The notes under the pieces were generated by a model, which was not told the DNA's origin, searched no databases, and was given only the letters and a program-made list of their open reading frames with translations. A program made the translations under genes and the position numbers. A stretch of DNA of 64,000 bases, taken from NCBI GenBank assembly GCA_043797085.1, contig JAZDQA010000013.1, forward strand, positions 192,001 to 256,000, read 5' to 3'. The stretch is from Pseudomonadota bacterium. GTDB taxonomy: Bacteria > Campylobacterota > Campylobacteria > Campylobacterales > Sulfurimonadaceae. Below, one piece after another: positions 11,707 to 22,836 of this stretch (its first letter is position 1; each line of letters starts with the position of its first letter).

Positions 11707-12486
11707 ATGACTTTATTTGATGCCTTGTTTTTAGGTGCCCTTGAGGGGGTAACCGAATTTCTTCCTGTCTCCTCCACGGGTCACCTAATTTTAGCTTCTC
11801 AGCTTTTAGGACTGGAACAAACCAATGCACACAAAGCATTTGAAGTAGCTATCCAACTGGGAAGCATCCTTGCGGTCTTATTTTTATACGCCAAAGATCT
11901 TATTAAAGATAAAACGCTTTGGATCAAACTTGCCGTTGCCTTTATACCCACAGGTGTACTTGGATTTCTTTTTTACAAGCAAATCAAATCGCTTTTTGGT
12001 GTTGAAACCGTCAGTATTATGCTTATCGCAGGGGGAATTATTTTCTTAATCGTTGAATATTTTCGTCGTGATAAAGCCATCGACTCAGGAAAAGATCTCA
12101 GCGAGCTCACCTACAAAGAAGCTTTCTTCATCGGTGTTTTTCAAAGTCTCTCTATGATTCCTGGGACAAGCCGCTCAGGAGCAACGATCATCGGCGGATT
12201 ATTCCTCGGTTTAAAACGTAAAAGTGCGGCAGAGTTTTCGTTTCTCTTGGCAATTCCTACCATGATGATTGCCACCGCTTACGATTTGATCAAACATCGT
12301 TATGAGATGATCGTCGATGATTACTCAATGCTCGCAGTTGCCTTTGTCACCGCATTTGTTTTTGCATTCTTTACCGTCAAACTCTTTGTAGGATTTGTGA
12401 GCCGTCACACGTTTGTTCCGTTTGCTATTTATCGGATTATCGTGGGGCTCATTTTCTTTTATTTTGTGGCAAGCATGCCAGTTTAA
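11707..12486 (+). CDS. uppP: Undecaprenyl-diphosphatase
   Basis: EGVTEFLPVSSTGH, PGTSRSG. Confidence 0.97.
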   Translation: MTLFDALFLGALEGVTEFLPVSSTGHLILASQLLGLEQTNAHKAFEVAIQLGSILAVLFLYAKDLIKDKTLWIKLAVAFIPTGVLGFLFYKQIKSLFGVETVSIMLIAGGIIFLIVEYFRRDKAIDSGKDLSELTYKEAFFIGVFQSLSMIPGTSRSGATIIGGLFLGLKRKSAAEFSFLLAIPTMMIATAYDLIKHRYEMIVDDYSMLAVAFVTAFVFAFFTVKLFVGFVSRHTFVPFAIYRIIVGLIFFYFVASMPV

Positions 12487-13085
12487 GAGCGCTGCCTTCT
12501 AATTTGATCAATCAAAATTCTCGCCAAATTCAATCCTTTGGAGCGGTGGGATAACCCTTTTTTCACATCATTCGGCAATTCACCCAATGTTTGTACAAAT
12601 CCATCGGGTACAAAAATCGGATCATATCCAAAACCGTTCTCACCTCGCAACTCCGTAATCACATCCCCGTGCATCCATCCATGAACACAGCTCTCCCCTT
12701 CACGAGATACGATAGCAATCGCCGCCGTATAGTGAGCAGGAGAAGTCTCAAGAGCTTTTTCTTTTAACGATTCCACGAGTTTAAGGAGATTATCCCGATC
12801 ACTCGCACCCTCTCCCCCATATCGGGCGCTGTAAATCCCCGGAGCACCCTCTAGTGCATCCACACTGATACCGCTGTCATCCGCGATAACAATAGCATCA
12901 ATGTCTCCTAGTGCATGATACACCGCGCGGGCTTTTATGAGAGCATTTTCTTTGAACGTCTCCCCATCTTCAATAATCTCAAATCCCTCGATCAAATCGG
13001 TATACGGGTACACCTCGCGATCATGAAGCAGTTCGATAATCTCACGTACTTTTCCTTTGTTCGATGTAGCTAAAACAATTCTCAT
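12483..13085 (-). CDS. rdgB: dITP/XTP pyrophosphatase (HAM1 family)
   Basis: ATSNKGK, ADDSG, GFGYDPIF, SHR. Confidence 0.96.
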   Translation of the reverse strand: MRIVLATSNKGKVREIIELLHDREVYPYTDLIEGFEIIEDGETFKENALIKARAVYHALGDIDAIVIADDSGISVDALEGAPGIYSARYGGEGASDRDNLLKLVESLKEKALETSPAHYTAAIAIVSREGESCVHGWMHGDVITELRGENGFGYDPIFVPDGFVQTLGELPNDVKKGLSHRSKGLNLARILIDQIRRQRS

Positions 13086-13188
13086 AGATTCATATCCTTA
13101 GACTAGACTTAGTAATTTTTTCTTCCAATAATCGTATGTTACGAATGTACTATAATAGCAAATATTTTATCTCATCTAAGGCGTCAGT

Positions 13189-14517
13189 GTGTTTAAAACA
13201 GTTCTCCCTCTTTCAGCGATTTTATCGCTTCGCTTTTTCGGTCTTTTTTTGGTTTTACCCGTTCTTTCCGTCTATGGACTTACCCTTCAAGGGGCAACAC
13301 CCCTTCTTATCGGGGTCATTGTCGGCGGATATGCACTTACACAAGCGATTTTTCAACTCCCTTTTGGAATTATGAGTGACAAAATAGGTCGTAAACCAAC
13401 GCTTCTTATCGGATTGATTATTTTTCTCGTAGGGTCTATTATTTGTGCGGTGAGCAATGATATTTATACCCTTATGTTCGGACGATTTCTACAAGGTGCC
13501 GGTGCGATTGGTGCGGTTATTCCTGCGATGATCAGCGATTTGGTCAACGAAGAGTCTCGCGGTAAAGCAATGGCGATTATGGGTGGAACGATTGCTATTA
13601 GCTTTGCAGCTGCTATGGGTCTTGGACCTGTGATTGCTGCACAGTATGGGCTCTCTTCATTGTTTTGGATTACTGCGGTATTGTCTGTCCTCTCTATGAT
13701 TATTCTCTTTACGAAAGTCCCAACTCCTCCGCGTATCCGTCACATTTATCACTCTTCCACTAATACTCGTGATATTCTAAGCGATCCTAATCTTCTTAAT
13801 ATGGTAATTATCAACGGAATGCAAAAAGGGCTTATGACGGTTGCGTTTGTCCTCATCCCTGTATTACTAATCGGTACGGACACAATACAAGGATTTGATT
13901 GGGTAGCCGCTGATTTGTGGAAAGTCTATGTTCCGGCACTATTAGCCGGACTTGTGGCTATGGGACCTGCTGCGGTATTTGGTGAAAAGTATAATAAGCC
14001 AAAACAAATATTTCTCATCTCTATCGTCTTGTTTATTATAGCCTTTACTCTCATGGGATTTGCGACGCAAAGTTGGCAGTTTGTTTTGGGTGTTGTGAGC
14101 TTTTTTATCGCCTTTAACATGATGGAGCCTTTGGTGCAATCGATGATTAGTAAATTTGCAAAAGTTCACCAAAAAGGGGCTGCACTGGGTATTGCTAACG
14201 GCTTTGCGTATCTCATGACGTTTATCGGAGGGATAGTTGCTGGTCTTGCATTGCAGTATTCGAACAAAGAGACGTTAGCCTTAGCACTGGTCGTCGTCAC
14301 AACGCTGTGGCTTTTATGGACAATGAAACTGACTAATCCACTGCGTTTTTCACATCTTTATATCTCTATAGATCATGTCGATATGGAAAAACTAAATGGC
14401 TTAGAGCATGAGCATATTGCAGAATGGTTTATCAATGAGACCGAAAATCTTGTTGTAGTTAAATATCGAAAAGATATGATCGAAGAAGAGACGATTAAAG
14501 CGAAGATTGTTAAATAA
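13189..14517 (+). CDS. MFS transporter (YajR-like, with soluble C-terminal extension)
   Basis: 12 TM; GIMSDKIGRK motif A; GRFLQG. Confidence 0.9.
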   Translation: MFKTVLPLSAILSLRFFGLFLVLPVLSVYGLTLQGATPLLIGVIVGGYALTQAIFQLPFGIMSDKIGRKPTLLIGLIIFLVGSIICAVSNDIYTLMFGRFLQGAGAIGAVIPAMISDLVNEESRGKAMAIMGGTIAISFAAAMGLGPVIAAQYGLSSLFWITAVLSVLSMIILFTKVPTPPRIRHIYHSSTNTRDILSDPNLLNMVIINGMQKGLMTVAFVLIPVLLIGTDTIQGFDWVAADLWKVYVPALLAGLVAMGPAAVFGEKYNKPKQIFLISIVLFIIAFTLMGFATQSWQFVLGVVSFFIAFNMMEPLVQSMISKFAKVHQKGAALGIANGFAYLMTFIGGIVAGLALQYSNKETLALALVVVTTLWLLWTMKLTNPLRFSHLYISIDHVDMEKLNGLEHEHIAEWFINETENLVVVKYRKDMIEEETIKAKIVK

Positions 14518-14535
14518 TTCCCGTTTTTACGGGAA
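14518..14535. terminator. Hairpin between convergent MFS and moeA
   Basis: TTCCCGT-TTTT-ACGGGAA. Confidence 0.6.
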
Positions 14536-15735
14536 CTATAACTTAATTACTCTAACCAAAGTTCCTTCTTCCAAATCCCCATCATCTTCGCCACAGATCA
14601 TTAATGCACAACTTCCTAGAAGATTGGTCAAAATAGCCGAACTTCCTGTTTTTTTGCCTTCAAAATCAACCCAATAACGACCGTCTTCAAAATAGAGATT
14701 GCACGCGGTGAATTCACTTTTATTCGAGCGTTTGGCAAACGGCACTTTGAGTGTTGCTTCAATGGGCTCATAGGGATTTGCGGTTCCCAACATCCGAGAA
14801 ATAAGCGGTGCTACATAGAGGATAAACGTTACCGTTGAAGAGTATGCAAATCCGGGGAGGGAGACAATAAACTTCTCTCCTCGCTGCGCTACCATAACGT
14901 GCTGACCCGGTTTGATATTGACTCCTTTGAAAATCACCTCTGCCCCAAGTTTAGGGACGATGTGCTTGACAAAATCGTAATCGCCTACGCTGACACCACC
15001 CGTACTTACGACGATATCACTACAGCGGAGAGCTTCCTCAAATCGTGACATTATGGCATTTTTATCATCACCGACGATTCCCATTTGAATACTTTGACCA
15101 CCAAGTTCATCGACCAATGCTTGAAGGGTATAGCTGTTGGAACTACGAATCTGACCTGCATGACGTTGCGTTTCGCCAATATCTAAAATTTCGCTCCCTG
15201 TTGCCACAATACTCACACGAGGAGCTTGTACAACGTTTACCATCACATGATTAATTCCAGCCATGACGCCTATCTCTGCAAATTTGACCTTAGCCCCCTT
15301 TGGGATTAAAACCTCATCTTTTCGATAACTCTCTCCTATGGGACGGACGGCAAAACCGTATGGAACTGGTTTTTCGATAATAATTTGTCCCTCGTGCACC
15401 GAAACATTTTCGATGGGAATCAACGTATCAGAACCTTTTGGCATCAATGAACCCGTAAATGTTTTAATACAAATACCATTCTCTACGGTATCAATTTCAT
15501 CTGCACCGGCAGGGTTATCTCCTAAAATTGCCAATGCTTTATAGTCTGAAAAATCAGCATGAAGCATCGCATATCCATCCATAGCGGAAGTGGGATGAGT
15601 TGGATAATCTTCAGAAGCTGTGATATCTTCTGCCAAAATTCGTCCCAGTGCATTGCTCAAAAAAACACGCTCGCTTCGAAGTGCTGCAATGGGCAAAAGG
15701 CTCATCATGTTTTGAGAGGTTTCATACGAAATCAT
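14536..15735 (-). CDS. moeA: Molybdopterin molybdotransferase
   Basis: SAMDGYA, TGSE, STGGVSVGDYD, KPG. Confidence 0.96.
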   Translation of the reverse strand: MISYETSQNMMSLLPIAALRSERVFLSNALGRILAEDITASEDYPTHPTSAMDGYAMLHADFSDYKALAILGDNPAGADEIDTVENGICIKTFTGSLMPKGSDTLIPIENVSVHEGQIIIEKPVPYGFAVRPIGESYRKDEVLIPKGAKVKFAEIGVMAGINHVMVNVVQAPRVSIVATGSEILDIGETQRHAGQIRSSNSYTLQALVDELGGQSIQMGIVGDDKNAIMSRFEEALRCSDIVVSTGGVSVGDYDFVKHIVPKLGAEVIFKGVNIKPGQHVMVAQRGEKFIVSLPGFAYSSTVTFILYVAPLISRMLGTANPYEPIEATLKVPFAKRSNKSEFTACNLYFEDGRYWVDFEGKKTGSSAILTNLLGSCALMICGEDDGDLEEGTLVRVIKL

Positions 15736-16178
15736 TGACCGCTCCCTAATAATCCTGCCCCCGCAATAGCCGTTGAGCGTTCACGTGCATAGAGTCGTTC
15801 GCCGCCACGAAGATCGTATTTCCAAATGGGGGCTGAAGCTTTGAAGTCTTCAACAAATTGCTCAATCGTCTCTAATGCCACACGACGTTTTGGAGAAAAC
15901 ACCGCTGCAATATAAGAAGATTCATGCACCAAAACATCTCCGCGAGAGTGTGCCATTTTCAATGTTGCCCCCAATGGCGCTACTTTCGCACTCCACGCAT
16001 CAAACCATGAGGTAAGAATGGGCTCATACACATCAAAGCTCAGTCCCTCGATCCCATCTTCATCCCGTACAGTCCCGACAAAAGGGATATACGCACCATA
16101 ATTGCTAGCACTTTCACTCGCATACCAACGGGTCAAAATCTCAGGCACATTCAATGCCCCATCGTGCAGTTCCAACAT
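15732..16178 (-). CDS. moaE: Molybdopterin synthase catalytic subunit
   Basis: FVGTVRD, L-F-D-V-Y, KASAPIWK; start at ATG 16178. Confidence 0.93.
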   Translation of the reverse strand: MLELHDGALNVPEILTRWYASESASNYGAYIPFVGTVRDEDGIEGLSFDVYEPILTSWFDAWSAKVAPLGATLKMAHSRGDVLVHESSYIAAVFSPKRRVALETIEQFVEDFKASAPIWKYDLRGGERLYARERSTAIAGAGLLGSGQ

Positions 16179-16180
16179 CC

Positions 16181-16402
16181 TCAGCCTCCACACACAGGGG
16201 GAAGAAGGGAAATTTTATCGCCATCGCTTAAGAGCGTATCCAAAGAAGCGACCAAGGTATCATTGACTGCCACCGCACAACTGTCAATCCATTGCGCCAT
16301 CTCACTATCTTGTTTTAATACTTCAGCCACATCACGCAGCGTTGACGCTTCCATAGTCAGGCTAGGACGACCAATCGGCCCTAAAAATTCGATTGTCACC
16401 AT
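16181..16402 (-). CDS. moaD: Molybdopterin synthase sulfur carrier
   Basis: AVAVN...LLPPVCGG with C-terminal GG. Confidence 0.93.
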   Translation of the reverse strand: MVTIEFLGPIGRPSLTMEASTLRDVAEVLKQDSEMAQWIDSCAVAVNDTLVASLDTLLSDGDKISLLPPVCGG

Positions 16403-16462
16403 TGACACACCCTTACGTTAGTGAAGTTTTTAGTATAATAGCACCTCTTATATGAAAAGGTC

Positions 16463-17155
16463 TTGATTGTGATATTCGGAAAAATAGATTTTATTAATCT
16501 CTTACCCTTTCACGTTTTTATGAAACGTTATGCTCGAACCTCGCAAGCACAGCAAAGTCTTCATTATCATAAAGGTGTCCCCTCAACACTTAACCGTGCA
16601 TTTGCTACACGACGCATTGATGCTGCTTTTATTTCGAGCATTACGGCTCGTAACTGCACTCATTTTAATGTCGGAATCGTGGCAAAAAAAGAGGTTCTAA
16701 GCGTTTTATCTCTTCCCTGCAATGAGAATAAAAAAGATACCGATTCCGCAACCTCAAACCTCCTCGCCCAACTGTTAAATATTCAAGGAGAGGTTCTCAT
16801 CGGCGATAAAGCCTTGTGCTATTATTACCGCGGTGGGGAACATACCGATTTGGGAAAAGTCTGGAATGAGCGTACTGGATTACCCTTTGTCTTTGCCCTT
16901 TTATGCACCCATAATCATACAAATGAACTCAAACGTCTTAGTCGTGCCTTTGTCCGAAAACCAATCAAAATTCCCTACTATATTCTGATGGAAAATGCCC
17001 GAAAATCTGATTTAACGGCCGCACAAATCACCCATTATTTGAAATATATCAGTTATAAAATCGGTGAAAAAGAGAAACAGGGATACAAACGGTTCTTAAA
17101 AGAGGCAAAAGAGAGAGGATTGACCCCCTCGATAAGAGAAATACGCTATCGCTGA
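16463..17155 (+). CDS. mqnA: Chorismate dehydratase (futalosine menaquinone pathway)
   Basis: GKIDFINLLPF, SATS, LIGDKAL, TGLPFVFA. Confidence 0.88.
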   Translation: MIVIFGKIDFINLLPFHVFMKRYARTSQAQQSLHYHKGVPSTLNRAFATRRIDAAFISSITARNCTHFNVGIVAKKEVLSVLSLPCNENKKDTDSATSNLLAQLLNIQGEVLIGDKALCYYYRGGEHTDLGKVWNERTGLPFVFALLCTHNHTNELKRLSRAFVRKPIKIPYYILMENARKSDLTAAQITHYLKYISYKIGEKEKQGYKRFLKEAKERGLTPSIREIRYR

Positions 17156-18531
17156 ATCAGCGTGTTGATTCGAGCCAATGTCTCCTCAACTCCGATAATT
17201 GCCATAACACTGTCCAATCCTGGACCTGAAAGTTTCCCTAACAACGCAACGCGTAACGGCTGACCGATTTTACCAAATCCGATTTCAAGCTGCGCTACAA
17301 CGCTCTCCATAACATGGTGATAATCACTTGGCAAATGAAGTTCTGACGCATTTTTCAAGGCAAGCGCAAACGCTTCTAAAATAGCCTTGCTCTCCTCTTT
17401 ATACCCTTTTTTAAGCGCTACTTCATCAAAATCTAATGGTCGAACTAAAACCTCATTAATCAGGGTAGCCATCTCTACCAACGTTTTCGCACGCTCTTTG
17501 ACCGCATCCAAAAGAATCTCTTTCTTATCGTGACTCACGAGCATCACTCCATGAAATTCAAGGAGTTCGCACAGTTTTTCATTGGACATATTTTTAAGAT
17601 AATGGCTATTAAGCCAATCGAGCTTTTCGGTGTTATAAACAGAGGCTGAACGGTTAATATCTTTTGGATCGAACAGTTCTAGCATCTCTTCCATTGAAAA
17701 AATCTCTTGATCTCCGTGACTCCATCCTAGACGTACTAAAAAGTTGAGTAACGCTTCAGGGGTATACCCCATCGTTTTATACATCATCACATCGGTTGCA
17801 CCATCACGTTTTGAGAGTTTTTTACCCTCGCTGTTATGGATCATCGGAACATGGAAAAATTTAGGTAAAGGGAAGCCTAATGCTTCATAAACAACGATTT
17901 GTTTAGGAGTATTGGAGAGATGATCATCACCTCGAATGACATCCGTTACTCCCATCAAAGCATCATCGACCGCCACAACGAAATTGTACGTCGGAGTACC
18001 ATCCGCACGGGCGATGATGAAATCATCCAAAATATCGGCAACATTGAAAACAACATCCCCTTTAACCCCATCATGAACCGTAATCGACCCCTCAAGCGGT
18101 GCTTTAATACGGATAACCGCTTCACACCCCTCTGGAGGTGTACCAGTAAAATCGCGGTAACGGTTGTCATATTTAGCCCGTTCTTTGCGAGCCGTTTGCT
18201 CTTCACGTAATGTATCTAGTTCTACTTTTGACATATAACATTTGTATGCTTTACCCTCATCGAGCAGTTTTTGGGCATATTCTTGGTAAATAGCTAAACG
18301 GCTTGATTGGTACTCGATCACGCCGTCATGCTCCAAGCCAACCCATTTAAACGCTTCAACGATAGCAAGCGCTGCCGCTTCATCATTACGGCTAAAATCG
18401 GTATCTTCAATACGGAGTATAAATTTCCCGCCATTACGACGAGCCCACAGATAACTCAGTAGTGCGGTGCGCAGACCGCCAATGTGTAAATATCCTGTCG
18501 GGCTTGGGGCAAAGCGTGTTACTATCATCAA
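17146..18531 (-). CDS. gltX: Glutamate--tRNA ligase
   Basis: RFAPSPTGYLHIGG, RGDDHLSNT, KLSKR. Confidence 0.97.
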   Translation of the reverse strand: MMIVTRFAPSPTGYLHIGGLRTALLSYLWARRNGGKFILRIEDTDFSRNDEAAALAIVEAFKWVGLEHDGVIEYQSSRLAIYQEYAQKLLDEGKAYKCYMSKVELDTLREEQTARKERAKYDNRYRDFTGTPPEGCEAVIRIKAPLEGSITVHDGVKGDVVFNVADILDDFIIARADGTPTYNFVVAVDDALMGVTDVIRGDDHLSNTPKQIVVYEALGFPLPKFFHVPMIHNSEGKKLSKRDGATDVMMYKTMGYTPEALLNFLVRLGWSHGDQEIFSMEEMLELFDPKDINRSASVYNTEKLDWLNSHYLKNMSNEKLCELLEFHGVMLVSHDKKEILLDAVKERAKTLVEMATLINEVLVRPLDFDEVALKKGYKEESKAILEAFALALKNASELHLPSDYHHVMESVVAQLEIGFGKIGQPLRVALLGKLSGPGLDSVMAIIGVEETLARINTLIQR

Positions 18532-18613
18532 TAATCCTTTTTTGGTTGCCTAATTTTAGTTAAGACTAGGTTAAAAGCGGGTAAAATAGAGAACTTTACC
18601 TCAGGAGCAACAA

Positions 18614-19447
18614 TTGCGTTCACTGCTACTCTCATCCCTACTCCTTGCATCACTTTGGAGTGCACCTATCGGCGGAGTTGCCATCATGGTCAAAAATAGC
18701 CCCATAACTCTCTACGAAGTACAACAAGAGATGAAACAAAGCAAGACATCAGCACAACAAAGTGCCGATACCCTTATTCGTAAAAAACTTGAACAACTCG
18801 AAGCCAGTGAAAAAAAGATTACCGTCACTGCTGCCGAAGTCCAAGAAGAACTAGAAAGAATGGCGAAACAAAATAACCTCTCACTGGAAAAATTTCTGGA
18901 TGCCATGCAAACCGCACGAGGAATTAGCCAAAGTGAGTTAAAAGAGAAAGTGGAAGAGAATATTAAAGGACAAAAGCTTTACAACACTATTGCATTCTCT
19001 AAAATGGCACAACCTACTGCAAGCGAGGAAGCGGAATATTATCAGCTTCATCTCGATGAATTTTCTCAACCTGAACAATACATTGTAACAACCTATTTTG
19101 CTGCCTCTGCCGAAGCACTGCAAACCAAAATCGATGACCCGATGCGCAATGTCGAAAGCGTAGCTTCCAAGGATGAAAGTATCCCCTCAAAAGCGATAAA
19201 TCCTCAACTCGTACAGATTCTCAATAAAATTGAAGTAGGCAAATTCGGTCCTATCCTTCCCAATGGCAAAAATAGCTTTATGAGCTTTTACATGAAAGAT
19301 AAACCCAATATTATTACTGAAAATCTTGACTCTGTACGCCCGCAAATTAGCAATGCTATTATGGGAGAAAAACGAAATCAAGTGTTAAACGATTATTTTA
19401 CGCGGTTGCGCTTGAGTGCAGATATTAAAGTGGTACGGCTGCCGTAA
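18614..19447 (+). CDS. SurA-like periplasmic chaperone/PPIase
   Basis: Signal peptide; PITLYEV, SurA N-domain pattern, C-terminal LRLSADIK. Confidence 0.8.
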   Translation: MRSLLLSSLLLASLWSAPIGGVAIMVKNSPITLYEVQQEMKQSKTSAQQSADTLIRKKLEQLEASEKKITVTAAEVQEELERMAKQNNLSLEKFLDAMQTARGISQSELKEKVEENIKGQKLYNTIAFSKMAQPTASEEAEYYQLHLDEFSQPEQYIVTTYFAASAEALQTKIDDPMRNVESVASKDESIPSKAINPQLVQILNKIEVGKFGPILPNGKNSFMSFYMKDKPNIITENLDSVRPQISNAIMGEKRNQVLNDYFTRLRLSADIKVVRLP

Positions 19448-19456
19448 AGGCATTCC

Positions 19457-20797
19457 TTACCCTTTATAATTTTCTAGGTATTTAGTATCGAAGTTGTTGT
19501 TGATAAAATCAGGATTTTTCATCATCTTTTGATGAAATGGAATCGTTGTTTTGATTCCTGAAACAGTAAATTCACTCAATGCACGGTGCATACGGGCAAT
19601 TGCGTCGTTGCGATCTCTTCCGTATACGATGAGTTTTCCAATCATCGAGTCATACGTCGGAGGAACCATATATCCTGCATGTACATGCGTATCGATACGG
19701 ACATTGCGTCCACCTGGTGCTATCCACTCGGTAATTCTACCCGGACATGGTAAAAATCGGATAGGATCTTCCGCTGTGATACGACACTCAATTGAGTGAC
19801 CGCTAAGAACCACAGTATCTTGGGATGGCAAAGCTTCACCCTCGGCTACACGAATCATCATCTCGATAAGATCTAATCCGCTTACCATTTCAGACACCGT
19901 ATGTTCTACTTGAAGACGAGTATTCATTTCCATAAAATAGAAATTTTTATCCGCATCAAGAAGGTATTCAAACGTTCCTGCACCCTCATATTTAATAAAC
20001 TTCGTTGCACGAACAGCAGAAGCATGAAGCTCTGCACGAATTTCAGGAGTCAACGCAACCGCAGGAGACTCTTCGATGAGCTTTTGATGACGACGCTGCA
20101 TAGAACAATCACGCTCACCAATGTGCAATACATTACCATGACTATCCGCAATGATTTGAACTTCGATGTGGCGCGGATTTTTGATGAATTTTTCCATATA
20201 GATGGTTCCATCACCAAATGCTGTAATCGCTTCTGCTTCTGCTGCTAAAAAAGCGTTTTCAATACCGCCTTCTTCTTCAACAACACGCATTCCGCGTCCG
20301 CCGCCGCCTGCTGCCGCTTTAAGGATGATAGGAAAACCAACCTCTTTGGCACGAACACGAGCTTCGGCAATATCTTTGATTGCGCCATCAGAGCCCGGAA
20401 CAACGGGGACACCGGCTGCAATCATGACATCCTTAGCTTTAGATTTATCGGACATCATCACCATAACTTCAGGAGTGGGACCGATAAATTTAATCCCGTG
20501 ATGGGTACAAATCTCTACGAAATGTTGATTTTCACTCAAAAATCCATATCCTGGAAAAATGGCGTCACAATTGCTAATTTCAGCCGCAGCAATAATAGAA
20601 GGGATATTTAGGTAACTGCTTGAACTTGGTGCAGCACCGATACAAATAGCAGCATCCGCGAGCTTAAGATACGAAGCATCTTTATCCGCAGTCGAATAAA
20701 CGGCAACAGCCTCTTTACCCATCTCTTGGATCGTACGAATAGCACGAAGAGCAATTTCGCCGCGATTTGCGACTAAAATTCGTTTAATTTCCGCCAT
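19457..20797 (-). CDS. accC: Acetyl-CoA carboxylase biotin carboxylase
   Basis: ANRGEIA, GGGGRGMR, ERDCSMQRRHQK, EMNTRLQVEH. Confidence 0.98.
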   Translation of the reverse strand: MAEIKRILVANRGEIALRAIRTIQEMGKEAVAVYSTADKDASYLKLADAAICIGAAPSSSSYLNIPSIIAAAEISNCDAIFPGYGFLSENQHFVEICTHHGIKFIGPTPEVMVMMSDKSKAKDVMIAAGVPVVPGSDGAIKDIAEARVRAKEVGFPIILKAAAGGGGRGMRVVEEEGGIENAFLAAEAEAITAFGDGTIYMEKFIKNPRHIEVQIIADSHGNVLHIGERDCSMQRRHQKLIEESPAVALTPEIRAELHASAVRATKFIKYEGAGTFEYLLDADKNFYFMEMNTRLQVEHTVSEMVSGLDLIEMMIRVAEGEALPSQDTVVLSGHSIECRITAEDPIRFLPCPGRITEWIAPGGRNVRIDTHVHAGYMVPPTYDSMIGKLIVYGRDRNDAIARMHRALSEFTVSGIKTTIPFHQKMMKNPDFINNNFDTKYLENYKG

Positions 20798-20799
20798 GA

Positions 20800-21252
20800 T
20801 TAAAGCTTCTTAACAGCGTACAACGGCATATCGTATTCAACTGCTTGCCCATCCGACTTTAATACTTCAAGGATTTCACAGTCGAATTCAGCTTCAAGCT
20901 CATTCATAATTTTCATTGCTTCTAAAATTGCAACAACTTGACCTTTTTTAACACGATCACCGACTTTAACAAAAGCAGGAGAATCAGGAGACGGGGAAGA
21001 ATAAAACGTCCCAACCATCGGTGATAAAATTGCATCACCACTCATCGGGGCAGATACAGACTCTGCACTAACTGCTGCTGCGGCAACAGGTGCGCTTACT
21101 GCTGTTACAGGCGCGGTCATCATTACAGGCGCTTGAACTACGCCAACATTTTTTTCTAACTCAATCGAAAAAGCATCTAAAGTGATTTTTAATTTTGAAA
21201 GAGTGCTTGCGTCAAACTCTTGTACTAATGTCTTAATTTGTTTCATATCCAT
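20800..21252 (-). CDS. accB: Biotin carboxyl carrier protein
   Basis: SPMVGTFY, EAMK biotinylation motif. Confidence 0.98.
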   Translation of the reverse strand: MDMKQIKTLVQEFDASTLSKLKITLDAFSIELEKNVGVVQAPVMMTAPVTAVSAPVAAAAVSAESVSAPMSGDAILSPMVGTFYSSPSPDSPAFVKVGDRVKKGQVVAILEAMKIMNELEAEFDCEILEVLKSDGQAVEYDMPLYAVKKL

Positions 21253-21325
21253 GGGTGAATCGCTCCTAAAAGTAGGGTAATAGATATGCTATACTACCAT
21301 AAATTAAATTAACATTGGATAGTAC

Positions 21326-21886
21326 ATGGGTCTCAAAAGTGATGGATGGATTCGAAAAATGGCACTCGAAGAGGGGATGATTTCCCCATTTTGCGAGGAT
21401 CAAGTGGGGGTTGGCGTGGTTAGTTACGGGCTTAGTTCGTATGGTTATGATATTCGTGTAACAAATGAATTTAAAATTTTTACCAACCTAAATTCGACGG
21501 TTGTTGACCCAAAACTCTTCGATGATGCCAATGTTGTAGATTTTGTGGGGGATGTATGTATCGTTCCTCCTAACTCATTTGCACTGGCAAGAACCGTAGA
21601 ATATTTCAAAATTCCACGCGATGTTTTAGCCATTTGTTTAGGAAAATCTACCTATGCCCGTTGTGGGATCATTGTTAATGTCACCCCGTTTGAACCTGAA
21701 TTTGAAGGGCACATTACCATCGAGATTTCCAATACAACTCCTCTTCCGGCTAAAATTTATGCCAACGAAGGGATCGCACAAGTTCTCTTTTTACAAGGTG
21801 ACGAAGTGTGTGAAAAGAGTTATAAAGACAAAAGCGGAAAGTATCAGGGACAAGAGGGAATCACGCTTCCACGTATTTTAAAATAA
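21326..21886 (+). CDS. dcd: dCTP deaminase
   Basis: [19 protein letters not shown]. Confidence 0.97.
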   Translation: MGLKSDGWIRKMALEEGMISPFCEDQVGVGVVSYGLSSYGYDIRVTNEFKIFTNLNSTVVDPKLFDDANVVDFVGDVCIVPPNSFALARTVEYFKIPRDVLAICLGKSTYARCGIIVNVTPFEPEFEGHITIEISNTTPLPAKIYANEGIAQVLFLQGDEVCEKSYKDKSGKYQGQEGITLPRILK

Positions 21887-21933
21887 AAAGTGCTAAAATT
21901 CCAAAAGTTTATCAAATATTACAAGGAGCCCCC

Positions 21934-22170
21934 ATGTTACATGAATACCGTGACGTTATTACCCATATGAAAGAAAATAATGCGGCAAATGCCCATTTTT
22001 TGAAAATTTTCGACCGTCACAACAGTTTAGACGATCAAATTACTGAAGCTGAAAAAGGAAATCTTCCTTTAACTGATTTGGAGCTTGAAAAACTCAAAAA
22101 AGAGAAATTATTGCTTAAAGACGAAGCATACGCAATGATTATCGACTACAAAAAAGAGCACTCTCTCTAA
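21934..22170 (+). CDS. YdcH/DUF465 family protein
   Basis: HF-KIFDRHN-LD...LKKEKLLLKDE. Confidence 0.88.
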   Translation: MLHEYRDVITHMKENNAANAHFLKIFDRHNSLDDQITEAEKGNLPLTDLELEKLKKEKLLLKDEAYAMIIDYKKEHSL

Positions 22171-22308
22171 AAGTCGCCTCTAACGAGGCACCTTCTTTTC
22201 CCCCTCCTCTCTCTTAATATTGTTTTTTGATACATTTTTGAGTGTACTTTCAGCTTGACAGTGATAGCATTACTTTTTATTGTGCAAAATTATTAATGAG
22301 GAGAATTT

Positions 22309-22836
22309 ATGGATGCAAATCTTACATTTAGCAAATTAGCCGATTTCGGACGCGCTCTTTTAACAAAACCTACTTTAAATGAGGGGCTCCCCCTCATTTC
22401 TGAGTATGCCAAGGGTGTCAGTGGTGCTCAGCGATGCTCTATTTTTATTCGTAATTTTACGAACAAAACACTTTGGACAACACTTGCCGATGGTACCGAC
22501 ACCATTACCCTTCATGAAAATGACGGTATTGCAGGGCACACCATCAAAGAAGGCAAACCACTTCTCATTAACGACCCTTACAACGATGATCATTTTTTAT
22601 CCTCTATTGATGACAAAACTGGATTTGTAACCAAAAACATTGCTTCCATCCCCATTTTTGATTCCAATCGAAGGATTATTGGAGTCTTTCAACTGCTTAA
22701 TAAGCCCGATGGATTCAGTGCCAAAGATGCAAAATCAATGATTTTCTTTGCACATTACATTAGTACCTACTTAGAACTTGCCCTATCATTCGACAATCAA
22801 GGAACATTACTAAAAAAGGGAACCTATGGGAATTGA
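22309..22836 (+). CDS. Stand-alone GAF domain protein 1
   Basis: AQRCSIF, GIAG, DPYND-HF, D-KTGF-TKNI, GVFQLLNK. Confidence 0.9.
   Translation: MDANLTFSKLADFGRALLTKPTLNEGLPLISEYAKGVSGAQRCSIFIRNFTNKTLWTTLADGTDTITLHENDGIAGHTIKEGKPLLINDPYNDDHFLSSIDDKTGFVTKNIASIPIFDSNRRIIGVFQLLNKPDGFSAKDAKSMIFFAHYISTYLELALSFDNQGTLLKKGTYGN

Noticed and set aside
22812..22818. In-frame A_AAA_AAG slippery heptamer at the end of GAF1 (programmed frameshift fusing the two GAFs?)
   Set aside because: A -1 shift enters the 22833-23213 shadow frame, not GAF2, which is in the +1 frame. AAGGG is better explained as the GAF2 ribosome-binding site.
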